Shown here: positions 37,480 through 50,068 of the stretch, one piece after another
Position numbering within the stretch: position 1 is the stretch's first letter
How the letters are laid out: the number at the start of each line of letters is the position of its first letter
From: Marsupella aquatica
Taxonomy: Eukaryota > Plantae > Marchantiophyta
Reading direction: 5' to 3'
DNA: 64,000 bases
Assembly (NCBI GenBank): GCA_973895155.1
Contig: OZ316892.1
Coordinates: 6,252,847-6,316,846, forward strand
Program-made: the position numbers and the translations under genes
The notes under the pieces: model-generated
What the model was told of the DNA's origin: nothing
Seen by the model: only the letters and a program-made list of their open reading frames with translations
Databases searched by the model: none

Positions 37480-38220
37480 GTCACTTTGATATCTATTTTG
37501 CCTTGATATATTTTTCTAATCTTTGGATATATATTTATCTCTCCTCAATATCTTTTCTTTGTCTTGTCATCTTTTTCTCATCTTGCCATTTTTCTCACAT
37601 TAACATCTTTATTTCATCATGATTTTTTTCTCACCCTTGACATCCTTTATCTCCTCGACATCTTTTATTCACCTTGATATCTTATCTTTTATACATTTCA
37701 TCATTTTTTCTCACCTTGACATCTTTCCCTCACCCTCACCATCTTTCTCTCCTGGACATTTTTTCATCATCTTGACTTTTTTCCTTCCCCTCACCATCTT
37801 TTCTCTCCTCGACATATTTTTTGCACCTCGATTTCATTTCCTCACCTCGACATCTTTTTTTCTCATCAACATCTTTCTTCACCTTCACATAGTTATCTCA
37901 CCTTGACATCTTTTCTCACCTCTACAACTTTTGTGCAAAGCACAGGTATCGGGCCCAAGATGTACTTAACACCATCTTCTACTTCACAACATCTTTGACT
38001 AACAACACATTTTACTTTTCGACCATTTTATACTTAACAACATATCTTTACCTAACTACATCTTCGGAATAGCAACATCATTGGCGACACAACAAATATT
38101 TACTAGACAACAACTTTTTACTTGATGTCATTTTGGGCGACAAGACATCTTTGACAATATGACTTCTTTTTTCTTAACTAAATATTGGACAACATGACAT
38201 TTTTTTTCTTAAGGACATTG
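37480..38220 (+). mobile_element. Degenerate Helitron-family remnant (array in opposite orientation to the other two copies)
   Basis: gacatcttt/acatcttt arrays, the reverse complement of the aaagatgtc arrays, and a decayed 3'-type hairpin ttttgtgcaaagcacaggtatc at ~37930-37950. Confidence 0.55.
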
Positions 38221-39302
38221 CAGGCTTGTGGGGCCTCTTTGGTCTTCTTGGGGTTGTCCCAACATCTTGAGACATCTTGGCCCCATAGTCCCCACACCAA
38301 CCCAAGACAAACAAATAGACCACAAAGTGTCCGTGTTGCATCATAAATAAAAACGAGGATCCAGTTTTGCAAGTAATGATTGTAAGTGGATAAGGTTGTT
38401 ATTGTATCCTGGGGCAATCTAGCTCTGGTGAATGTTGACTGATCGGTGTCATGTCCCACATGTAGGGCCAGTAAGGCAATCAAAGACCCTTTGGCCTTGC
38501 TGGCCTGATCCAGATCTTAAGCATTGTTGATTGTCAGCTAGTCGATGGAGTTTCTGGGGCCGTTGCCAAATCATTTGAAGAAACGTAAGTCCTCAGGATG
38601 CGCTCAAGTTGCAAACCACTTGAGTCAAGTAATGTAGATTCATAGGATCACCAAAAGTGTTCAGTTTTTAATCATTTACCGATGCTTGATGGCCTAACTA
38701 TCCAAACTTCTGAATCTTTTTTGAGCCATGACAGTCATCCAATAGTTCCTCAAGATTTCAGTTAGAGCACATGATGTTGTCCTTGCCTTTACAGGGCAGA
38801 TTTCAGACCGGTTTCCATCGACATTTCCTGAAGAATGGTATACTACAGTTGAGCTTTTCAGAAGCCTGCTCTGCCTTGGTTGCTCACTAGGGACAACCGA
38901 GCTGATGAGCTTCGCAAAACTTCCTCACTAAAATCCAAGGTTTACCGAGTGGTGGTTAAAAGACACGACAGAAAACTTTATCTACATTGATGCCACCTTG
39001 TGCCATACCAGTAAAATACCTTTAGATTCTGTCTAATGGGATCTGCGGCTAGGTGGGAAAGTGGCTAATGGACGAGAGAAAATGTAGCTAATTTTCGGCC
39101 AAGAAGACATTTTAGAGAGATCGAATCTGGCTAATTTTCGCCACTACGAAAACGAACCTAAGAAAAAGAACGGAAATTGTATCTCCAAGCTTTTGTAGAT
39201 ACAATCGCCGTCTAAACCCTAAACCCACTTTTCCTTTCTCCCAAAACTCGATCAACTTGTAGTCCATTAATCTGCTTAGTCCAGTGCTTCTATACCACTT
39301 CC

Positions 39303-42109
39303 TCATGAAACCGAGGGGAAAAGAACCATGCCCAAAAGGAATGAAGTGGCTGGCACTGTGAAGTTGTCATCAAGCCGAGTGGTGATAGGAAGGGATTCTA
39401 CAACTGTTGCTACAAAAGAGATCAAAGCCAGACGAATTGCAGTGCTGTACAAATCCAGCTCGAAGAACCCAAAGAGTGTGAAATAGTACACGCACCTGAG
39501 TCAAACAATCCGAGTCAAGTTCCACAGAAAATCAGCTAATCACCGAGCATGACCAAAAGATGGTGAAGACAATTTCGCAATTGCTTTAGCGAGAAACACA
39601 TAATCCCTGAACACAATCGTCATCAAATGTGCTACAAGAACTCCGAAGAAGTTAATCTATCTGACGGGAGCTGTGGGCGGGAAATGTATACGTACATAGA
39701 AGAAACCAGAAAACCAAAGAGAAACATGGCAATACTTCCAGCAAAACTCTTGCTGCTGTTGTAGGGGAGTTTCTTGGAACCAAACCTTCTCCCCATTATA
39801 TCAGCAATACCTGGAGTAAAACATCACTTGAGTAATAAGGGAAGATTCAGTAGGAAGGACCAAACAACGGAAACAATGACTACCAGGATCTAGAAGGTTC
39901 AAAGGAGCATACCGTCACCCCCACACATCATGGACAGAGCGATCATTCCCACGGGAGACTGTCGCCAGAAAAATACGGTGCTGAAATACAGAACCATAAC
40001 ATAGAACAGAGGCCCCCTCAGCAGTTCCCTGTAGCAAGAGGAAAGTGGTACAAAATGAGCCATGGCAATCACCATTCGAGGAGTATCCAACTCCTACCTC
40101 AAGTACTAATGATGACTTCGAAAGAATTTTAGGATAGAACTAGATCGTAAGTGATCACAGCTCCCTGAAGGCAAACACAGTTCTTACCTGGATTCACCAC
40201 TGCGACTCATAGATTTTACCAGTCCCTCGTCCTTCACTAGTCCAAAACCATATACTAGTAATCTGATGCCATTAGCTAGAGGCACCAGTCCCGCAAGAAA
40301 GGGTGCCCATTTCGATGTGCTGTTTCGGAAAAGACAGCACAGAAGAGGGTCAATTCCACGTAGTTCAATCATATCTTGTATCTAATTTGACGATATGGAT
40401 ACGAAACTTTGGCTAAATACTTCGTGTGCCACCTACAAAGAAGACTGCCAATTGACGGGACAGAAAACAGATGACAAGAGGAGCCGAAAAAGGGCGAGTA
40501 TTTCATACCTAAAGAATGGCCAGCATAACATGTACAAGAGGCCTGACGTAATATGGACGATCTTCCGGCTCAATTTCTGCAAAATATGTCATCACATGTC
40601 ATGACAGGATGCTGGCAAGAAAGGCAGATAGTCACAAGTGCTACCTAAATCATTACTCCACATATGTTTGGAATACAGAAATAGCAAAAAAGGTTTTCCA
40701 ATGAAAGCAGAGCACATAGCATGGTAACCTCTTCAAGATTTTCCAGCGTATAAACTGGAACCAAAGTTAGTGTCACATGTCCAATTAAGCGAATAAACTG
40801 GAACCAAACTTAGTGTCACATGTCCAATTAAGCGTATAAACTAGAACCAAACTTAGTGTCACATGTCCAATTAAGCGTATAAACTATAACCAAAGTTAGT
40901 GTCACATGTCCAATTAACAGACCACCACAAATAGGATCTCTGCAAACCTGGACAGAATGGAAGCTGCAGAAATCCCATGCTGAGCCAATGAGTGTGTCTT
41001 GAAGGAACTTCACGAACCACTGATACCTATCTTTTCTCTTACGCACAAGCAGATCCAAGCTCGGAAGGCCACACAGAGGATAAAATGCTCCTAAATCGGA
41101 CAGTATTGCATAGCATATCGCCTTGCAGTTGGTCCATGATGGAAAAGATGGAATTGTACTTCGATGAATGCATCAAATGCTTTGTTTTTTCTTCATTTGG
41201 ATAGTTCAAGGGAGACTTGCGTTAAACATCACGGCAAAATCATGTCCTGGTTGTGACATCCTGCTTGCTTCGGTTCGGTCTCTTGTGGCAGTTCAAGTTG
41301 CTTGTTTTGAATCTCTCTCAAATTTAATATGACGATGCCAATTTCGAGAGATAATATATTTACATTGCCTATGACAACATAGTACTTCGTTGCATGTAAT
41401 GAAAACTCGCCAGGGACGGAATCCAGCCAGTTAACTCTTCTCCATAACCTCAAAACTCGGCGGGGACGGAATCAAGCTACTTAACTCATCTCCATAAGCT
41501 CATGTTCAAGCATTATGTGCGGAGCCAAAGATTTTAAAAGTAGGCGAATGAACTCACCTGCCCGAGAATGTGCTTGCTCGTGAAGAAGTCGAACAAGCGT
41601 ACCCAAACGAAACCTCCAACCAGCACCGCACACGCCATTCCGACATCGTGCTGAACGGAAGTCTGTTTAATCTGGGACTGGATGGCGGGCTCAACATTCA
41701 CGGATTGCGTCCATTTCCCACCTACCTCCTCTTCCGTTCCGTACTGAGCTCGATCAGTGAAAGAAATGCCGCCTTCCCAGGCATCTCTGCTGCTGTTACT
41801 GCTGGCCTTAACACCAGCCGTAGAGCTTCGATTTTCGCCATATCCTCGTGGCAATAGGAAGCATGTATCGACTCTCGAGTTTCTGCTCCGTAATTGTCTA
41901 TTCCTTTTGGACCCTGTAAAGCACGCACCAGAAGATGCAGCGTGGAGAGAAGCGACATGATCAAATTTCCGCGCGCGAACTGAGCTAATACACGATGATG
42001 GACCCGAAGATGTGGGAACAACATTGGTCAGGAATCGCGAAGAACGAAACCTCAAACAGTCGGAAGTTTGAAGTAAACATGGATGGATTCGTGATATCAG
42101 CTCAGCCAT
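39303..42109 (-). CDS. Phytol kinase / farnesol kinase family (VTE5/FOLK-like), probably plastid-targeted, 6 exons
   Basis: Ser/Arg-rich N-terminus, then KLSRKIVHITSGLLYMLCWPFF, LVKSMSRSGESRELLRGPLFY, FWRQSPVGMIALSMMCGGDGIADIMGRRFGSKKLPYNSSKSFAGSIAMF and ATVVESLPITTRLDDNFTVP. Confidence 0.93.
40745..40917. repeat. 43-bp minisatellite x4 in intron 1 of the phytol kinase gene
   Basis: gcgtataaactggaaccaaagttagtgtcacatgtccaattaa repeated four times with few substitutions. Confidence 0.95.
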
Positions 42110-44009
42110 ATAATCCAATTGGAGCAGTCAGTCTCGGATGAAGAGTGAGCTGAACGCGAACACCTCTCTTCGTCTGACTGATTTAGACTAGAGCTCAGCT
42201 TCCATCCACTATAAAAAGGCCTATTGTTCATTTGGCTACAGTTCATGCACAATAGTCCTACCTGGGGCACTGTTGATCTCCTGACATGTCCTACTTGGAG
42301 GCTCTCCGATTCACTTCCAGCTTAATTTTAAAGGGTTGTTTTAACGAGAGTGGCTTATGCCGATTTGTGTGCAGGAGAAGATGTGGGATCTCGTGATCTT
42401 CTGGGGTCTTTCGGCTATGGGATTTGGGTCTTTTGCCAATGGGATCCCGTGTCCCAATTTGGCGGTTTAGTTCTTTGGCACGGTGACATATAATAGTACT
42501 GATTTAATCTTCCTAGATTTAAGGATAAGATTTAGATTCTGGCTAACGGGTCTGTGGCGAGGTCGGATCTGCTAATGAAAGACAGAAAAACTTAACAAAT
42601 TTTCTCCAAAAGTGCCGAATACTTTTCAGAGAGGTGTAATCTAGAGTACAAAAGTGCCGAATATTTTTCAGAGAGGTGGAATCTAGAGTTAGAGTTGAAG
42701 CACACTCTATAAATTATGCAGTTCTCAATTATTTGCAAACTGAACCACTTCAAGCCATTTTCTCTTTGTACTTGTTGTCTGCCCCTATATGGCAGAAATA
42801 TGAAGGCATATGTTATGAGCATAGTTTAATCGGCTAGACGTCTTTATATCCCATAAATGCAGTATGGGAAAAGTGATCAATCACGGAGTCTCCAGGCAAT
42901 GGATTATGGGAATTGCAAGGACCTCGAGAAATTTAAGTTTAGTATATAACATGCTCATAACAAACAGGCCAGTCTGGAAGATGTGTTATGAGGGCTCCTA
43001 TTAAGACAGAAAGGTTAAACCATCACATCCTACAGGGGATTATCAGCCATAACACCTGATGTGACGTGGTGTGAATGAACTCAAATCATCCAGGACAGTT
43101 TCAAAAAATAATGTTATTATTGTAGGGACAGTTTGGTGATTCTAACTGAGACACCTCATGTGACTTGGTGTTAGCAAACGTCAACCACTGAGGACATTTC
43201 AAAAAAGCAACTTTAGAATAGGGACAGTTTGACACCCTCCTGACAGGGTGATGTTATATGCAAAGAATTGTACTTATGGCCTACTGCAATCCATACATAA
43301 GTGCAACCTTGGGGCTCCTTAGAGCATCTCCAACCCTTACTGCAAAACCTAGTGCAATTGGGTGTTGATGAAGCCAGGTTCTTTTGTTGTTGGATGTGTA
43401 TTTGAGAGACAATACAGTTTAAATTATACTGTGTTATTTGTTGTAGGGTGATGTGAAGCTGATTTCTAGTGTAGAGTTAAATTATCCATTTAGGTGGGGG
43501 TGACCATGATTGATTCCGACATTACCATTCTCGGAACTTGGTTTACCTTCTTTTAATTGTAATTATTTAAACATGCTTCTGTGCTGTCCCAATCCAGCTG
43601 CTGGATTTTTCCCAGGCAAAAAGTGTTTTCTACTTTTCCCAGAGTTTTGCAAACACCCAGCCAAAACATGCGTTCATGGTCAATTTCAGCACCTTGAAAC
43701 ATGTTTTCCGGGACATTTCACGTCGTATAAGGTTTTCAGGCTGTCATCTCTTGAATTTAATTTCCTCCCCATTTGCCATAACAGCCTGCATATTTCCAGC
43801 CCATTTTGGGACCTACTGTAGTAACCTTGTGCCCAAACCCTCATTATCCTAAACTCAATGCCCTTTGCAATTATTCTGTTTGTACTTTTCAGGGTATCAT
43901 GGGAGCATAATGTCTTGGACAAGATCTAGATCACCTCTTGAGGATGACTCCCCTCTATTTCTACTAACTTTAGAAAAACTAAATCTATCAGGCCTTGAAT
44001 CAGAGTATT

Positions 44010-44399
44010 TTTTAGGTGTATAATTTCTACCAAATTCCACCTCCCAAACAATTGGATTCACTAGATTATGTGTACACCATTGGCCAGTTTCCTATCAAAT
44101 CATGGACCCCATTTGCCAGAATATAATGGGTAGTCCATAAATCAATTGATATCTCATGGTCAGGAAATAATCTTAAAAACACATAGAGAATATTACTAGC
44201 ACCTGCTGGTCACATAGGCTGACATTCATGGACCCCATTTGCCAGAACCTAATGATAGTTCATAAATTTAGGGATATCTCATGGTCAGGAAATAATCTTT
44301 AAAAAAATAAAGAATACTCCTAGCATCTGCTCTTCACAGAGTTGACATTCTCCACACTGTAAAATTGAGAAACTTTTTAAAACTAAGCTGACTTCAAAT
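44010..44399. repeat. Dispersed repeat with an internal ~125-bp tandem duplication; homologous to 1150-1450
   Basis: catggaccccatttgccagaa...gatatctcatggtcaggaaataatctt occurs twice. Confidence 0.75.
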
Positions 44400-44407
44400 G
44401 TAATAAG

Positions 44408-47400
44408 AAAAAAAAAATATATATATATATACACATACTTTTTACAGAAAAAGGCCAAATAGAGTACAAAAGAATAAACAAGAGAGGTCCCAAGTGGACA
44501 AAACCAAACGCAAAAGAAGTGAGCAAAAGGAAACCCTAAAAACCAAGAAAGAGGAACTAAAAGAAGTGAGCAAAAGGAAACCCCTAAAAACCAAGAAAGA
44601 GGAACTAAAACTACCGCAAATGGACCGAGGTCCTCATCATACCTAGCAAATGTGGCAACAAGCTAGTGGTCTACATCAAGTGTCGAAACTAGATCGGCAA
44701 GTGGGACAGGAATGTCCTCTAGGGGGGCTAGCCGTTGCGGAGTCACACTAGCACCCACTGTTAGAGATCGACGATAGACGGCCCGAGCTTGAGCACGCTG
44801 TAAGGTGACTGAAATGCGTTGGCGAAAGTGCGTGGTCAAAACAGATAGCGGGGGCCCGGTGGGACCCATCCGGCCGTGAACATCCCGAGCAGCTTGGCAA
44901 AGAAGCCCGTCGAACTGATGATGGAGACGGCCAAATATCTCAAGAGCAAGGGGCAGGAAGCTATCAGATGAAGCTCGTGCAGCATATTTGGCCTCCTTCG
45001 TTGTTGCTGCTCGTGATGCTGCCCCTGCCGTTGTTACCGCTGTCCCAATGATGTCTTGGCGCAATGGGTTTGCCACCACTACATCTGCCAAAGTACGATG
45101 ACCTTCACAGACCATGGTAAGATCCACCCGTAACCGTTGTGATGGAGGACCAAGTAACTCGAGCACCACCTCCCGCCGCGCGCAGACCAAAGAGCCAGAG
45201 AGAACCTGAGCAGTCGCATCTCTCACAACGTCGTGAACAAAAATGGTTTCGCCGCCCAAACTGCATCGAAGCCCTTCCCTCCGGAAGAAAGAATCCAAGC
45301 TCGGTCCGTGTCAGGTGCCTCGGTGAGGATGCTGGAGAGGGCGAAAGCATGCATACGCTCAGCAAGGTCTGCCTGAAGACGGACGGGGTCCAAGGATAAA
45401 AACTCCTGGAATGAAGGTAATGCAGCTCGAACAGGATCGGGTAATGATGACCGCGTCGTGCGCAAATGAACCTGAAATGGGAGGGAACCCTCCTCGACCT
45501 CCATGAGAGACGAAAGTAAAAAAGGTCGATCCTCAGTAAGGAAACGATCTGCCAACAATGAGAAGGCGGCCGCCCACGCGCCCAAGAAGGCCAAAGGTGC
45601 AAGGCGCTCAATGGAAGTAAGCCCAAAACCACCGTGAGAAATAGGAAGACTGAGCTGTCGATGAAGCCACGGAGACGAGAGCAAAGTACCTGGCCCTAAA
45701 AGAGAGGCCAAAGTCTCACAAATGGAGACATCAAACGCTCGAAGGTGTAGATAAAGATCCTCGGTAGGGGGATGTGTCCGAGCCAAATAGGATGCACGAG
45801 GGTGGATGCATCTCAACAACAACCCAAATGCTGCCTGAGAGTCTGCTAACTTAGGGAGCATAGGAGTAGGGGCTAAGGCAGCCTGGAGAGCGTCAGCAAT
45901 GAAAGATGAGCAAAAGGAGGCGGTACCGACTGGGGAGCCAAGGCCCGAAGACGGTCGGCTGGACGTAAGAACCAAGGGGGAAGCGCAAGATCAGAGGGTA
46001 ACCCAGCTAGACTCCATGCACGACTCTTCACCGACTGAACCCGTAAACCGAGGCCCAACAAATGGGTGGAAAGGGTGGCGAGGGCAGAAGTAACAGCAAC
46101 AGGTGGACCAATGATGTGGGTGTCATCTGAAAGGGAAGGGAAGATACACTGGGGGTGGGCCGCGGAGGCTTCCCGTAAAGCAGTAAAATGGGCAATGGCA
46201 AAAAGAGGCCCACCCAAAGGGTCACCCTGACGTGTACCTTCTGCAGAAGAAAGAGTGGTATACACTCCTGTAGAGGTGTGATGACTATAGAAGAGGGGGA
46301 CCTCGAACCCATAAAAACAACGGACAAAGGGGATAAAGGACTGGATGTCTGGATCCGCTGCCCTCAAAGCACAAAAAATTGTTGCCCGAGAAACCGTATT
46401 GAAAGCATTTGAGACATCAACCTGGAGGACAACCCAATCAGGGTGGAGGTCCAAGGTAGTACGAATACCCGCAATAACTGTCTCACAACCGCCAGGAACG
46501 CCCACTGCAAACTGATGTGGAGAGAGATGATCCGATAGTGCAGAGCAATACTGCAATGAAAGTGTGCGAGACACCAGACAAAGAAAAACCTCTCCAATAG
46601 CTATGGGCCGAACACCCGGTGAAGACTTATGTGGTATAGCCGGAAGAATCGAAAGTGACACTTTTCACTTAAAGACCAAGGTTTCGATCCCTTTAAGAAC
46701 GAAATAGGAATGGATTGAATGATTGTAACTATTTTGAAGACTTAAGAGTATCACTCAACCAAATCTTCAGACAAAAGAGAAACAAATGGATAAACTAACA
46801 AAATGAGCAGAAAAGATTAATTCCCAAGTCATGGATTATGGAAAAGCTTTTAGAACCAAGGTCCAATGGATTGAATCTCCACTGCCACTCCTTCAAAAAG
46901 GATTCTGGTCTTATCATGTTAACAAGATTGCAACAAATTCAGGTGTCACAACTTCTCCATCACCATGAAAATATAAACAGAAAGGATAAATGCACACCAA
47001 CACCAAAGTAGCTTTCTGGTGACCGATACAATGATACTCACTAAAATGCCGTCAACATGGATAGAACTTCGGCGATACGCAACTCCGATCTATCACTAGT
47101 GAGTATGCCAAAGTAAGGGTAACGGTACTAACTATTCTGAAATCAGAATCTTGCTCCTTTTTATCCACATTTATCATTGAATTCCTAGCGATTCTTGACC
47201 CACAAGCAATCCTAATTTGAATTCATCTGATCTTGGAAATCTATAATGAAAACTCAAGCACCAACAGAAATCTTCTGAAATAAATTCATTACATCACAAA
47301 GGAAGTGTTTTACTTCATTCATAAATCATTCTCGAAAGCAATGATTACAAAGGAAGGAGGAAAACTTGCAAAAGTTTGCAATACTGAATACAAGCTTCAC

Positions 47401-48201
47401 TGAAAAACAAAAAGGAAAACAATAATTTTATAGGTCTAAGTGGAGCATAAAAAGGGGAAATGAAAAGTCATGCCTTTTCAAAACTTAGAAAAAAGGTAAT
47501 AAAAATTGAGTACTAAACTAAGGTAGAAAAAGATCACTAAATAACTAGGGTAAATGGGTAACAAAAATCTGTCTTGAAATACATAAGTTTGGTCTCCATG
47601 GGACACCTCTTAGAAGCGTCCTTCATAAGTATTGTCAGCAAGGTAAAGTTGGGCATTTGGGTACCAAAATGCAATGAATTCGTGAACTTTGCATCTTATT
47701 TCCATCTTCGATTGATTTTGCGAAAAATTCAGGTGTCACAACTTAGCCATGGCCAATAAACGAGAAGCACTCAAAAGCCAAGAGACTGGAGGAGGCAAAC
47801 GGCTGGCAGCAATACACTGGCAAAAGGAGAAGAAAACTGGAAAACCAGACTGAGGATCCTCAGGGGGGAATAAATCACAAAAATGCTCAAAGACATAGCC
47901 AGAGGGGCCACCAGCCGCGCAACGCAGAGCATGGAGAAAAGCATACGTGAAGTGGTCCCTACTAAATTGAAGATCCTCCTCAGACTCAAAATCCTCCACG
48001 AACAAAGGGAGCTGATCATAGGGCTGCGGATGGAGATCCTGAAGGGGCGTCAAGGTGACCTCGCCAGGGGGGGCTGGTGTGGTGGGAGAAAGGGCCTGGA
48101 CCGCACGACGATATTCACCAGCCTGGGCTAAACGACAAGAGCGACGAAGGCGTCTATGCTCTGGAGGATGAGAGTGGCGAGCTGGGTTAGACAAAGCACG
48201 G
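44408..48201 (-). mobile_element. 5'-truncated CRE-clade non-LTR retrotransposon (RT plus restriction-like endonuclease), frameshifted and interrupted by a solo LTR
   Basis: RT motifs AAGGPSG, LLAMAK|SSPGVRPIAIGE, PHQFAVGVPGGCE, VDVSNAFNTVSR, GTRQGDPLGGPLFA and PSLSDDTHIIG. C-terminal HDVVRD..RVDL..ADVVV..KEAKY..FLPLALEIFGR (REL). GTAATAAG duplicated at 44400-44407 and 48202-48209. Confidence 0.9.
46630..47740. mobile_element. Solo LTR, 1111 bp, inserted in the CRE RT gene
   Basis: TGTG...CACA termini and a 5-bp TSD ACTTA (46625-46629, 47741-47745). Removing it restores the reading LLAMAKSSPGVRPIAIGE. Confidence 0.9.
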
Positions 48202-48513
48202 GTAATAAGGCTATTTCAGAAAAATATTAATGGCAACAATAACACTTCAAAACTTGAGGTGAAGCACTTGTTTCTCAGGGTATTATATTATATTTATATT
48301 ATATCTTATTTATAAAGCATCAACCCCAAGCTAGAGTTGGGGCCTAGACTCTAAGAATAGACCATAATTTCATGGCTTATCATGTGGATGGAAAAACTGA
48401 TGTATATCAAATAATAAATATGTATGTCATTTGTCATGAATTATATTTACATTAAAAAATACACTTCGTGGCCACCTTAGATATATGCATAGAAAAGAGT
48501 ATAGTATGCTATA

Positions 48514-49953
48514 CTAGCTCAATACCCGTGCATTGCACAAAAGATGTTGTGTCGGCCAACATGTGGTTGAAAAAAAAAATTCATGTCGGCCAAGAGGTTG
48601 TAGAGAAAAAAGATGTTGCATCGGCCAAGAGGTCGTTGAGAAAAACGATGTCGTGTCGGCCAAGATGTTATTGAGAAAAAAGATGTCGTGTCGGTCAAGA
48701 AGTTGTTGAGACAAAGGATGTCGTGTTAGCTAAGAAGTCATTGAGAAAAAAATTGTCATTTTGGCCAAGAAGTTGTTGAGACAAGGATGTCGTGTCGTCT
48801 AAGAAGTCGTTGAGAAAAAAAATGTCTTGTCGGTAAAGATGTCGTTGAGGAAAAACACCCGTGCCTTGCACAAAAGATGTCATTAAGAAAAAAGATGTTG
48901 TGTCGCCCAAGATGTTCTTATGTGAAAGATGTCATGAAATAAAAAGATGTAATTAAGAAAAAAGAAGTCATTTTGCCAAATAGGCCATTATGTGAAAGAT
49001 GTCATTAAGAAAAATATGTTATTTTGCCAAAGATATTATGAAGTAAAAGATGTTATAAGTGTTGTTTCACCCTGGAAGCTGTTGTTATGTGAAAGATGTT
49101 GTGAACTAAAAATTCAAGGAGGGAAGGAGCGAGTCGACCAAGAGTCAGGGTTGTCTTGGCTTGATCCCGGGCTCAATGCTATCGTCACGGCCAGCATCCA
49201 AGGGGTGGCATGGTGTTTTTGGTCCTATTCCTTTGTCTTTGTTATAGTCAAACTATTTTTTTTGTCTTTTTACCCACAATGTCCTTGCATTTGAATGACG
49301 ACCACTCTATAAATTGGTGCCTATTTGAATGAAGACCACTCTATACTGGGCGAGGGGCTGCCCTATATTGCAAGTGTGCCCCTCAATGCCCGTGCCATGC
49401 GCTTCACTATGTCTTTGGGTCTTATTGCTTTTGTTTTTTGGCATTGAAAATGACAGTACAAGTGAATGTAAAAATCACCACAAATATTGGGAGAAAAGTT
49501 TTTAATTGATTAGTGTATGAAATTCCTCTATTGACTAAAATACTGTTACTAATTAAACTTTTCTTACCAGTATTACACAAAACTAACAAAAACATATTCC
49601 ATCACAATTAAATATATATAATACTTCCTTGCATGTATCATGTAGAGGATCCTCCTTGATCCTCGTGCATTGTTAAAGTTTTGCACTTGTTTAGGTCCTA
49701 ATTTTTTCCTTTCAATCAATGAATGCAGTCACATTTTGATGTGTGATTACCTGCAGGTGTTTTAGTTGGTGTCTCGTGTGATTATTTGTTGCAACAATGA
49801 TGCAAATTTTTGTGAGTCACACTAAACCCAAGTCACACTTTGGCTTTATTATTTATTTTTGACCAAAATTTTAAATTTTTGTGCCCTGCATATTTGAATG
49901 ACTAACATTTCATTTTTGGCGCAACCTTGTGTTATAATTGTTGATATATATGA
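48514..49953 (-). mobile_element. Non-autonomous Helitron, 1440 bp, both termini present
   Basis: On the minus strand: A|TCATATATATC at the 5' end and gtgcaatgcacgggtattgagCTAG|T at the 3' end (hairpin plus CTAG, inserted at AT, no TSD). Internal aaagatgtcgtg array, and a second hairpin copy at ~48858. Confidence 0.85.
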
Positions 49954-50068
49954 TTATTAAAATGATTTTAACATGATAATATTTTTATCAATTTATTAAC
50001 CTTCAATAAAACATTTTGGTGATATTTTTATTTTGATGACATTTTTATCTTAGGGCTAAGAACGGGGT

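Noticed and set aside
40745-40917. 43-bp repeats (and the 40-bp repeats at 59428) as CRISPR or iterons
   Set aside because: Pure tandem minisatellites without spacers; the first is intronic.
43321-43400. PIF/Harbinger-type TIR start (TTA|GAGCATCTCCAAC)
   Set aside because: No matching second TIR or TSD found, so only a possible remnant.
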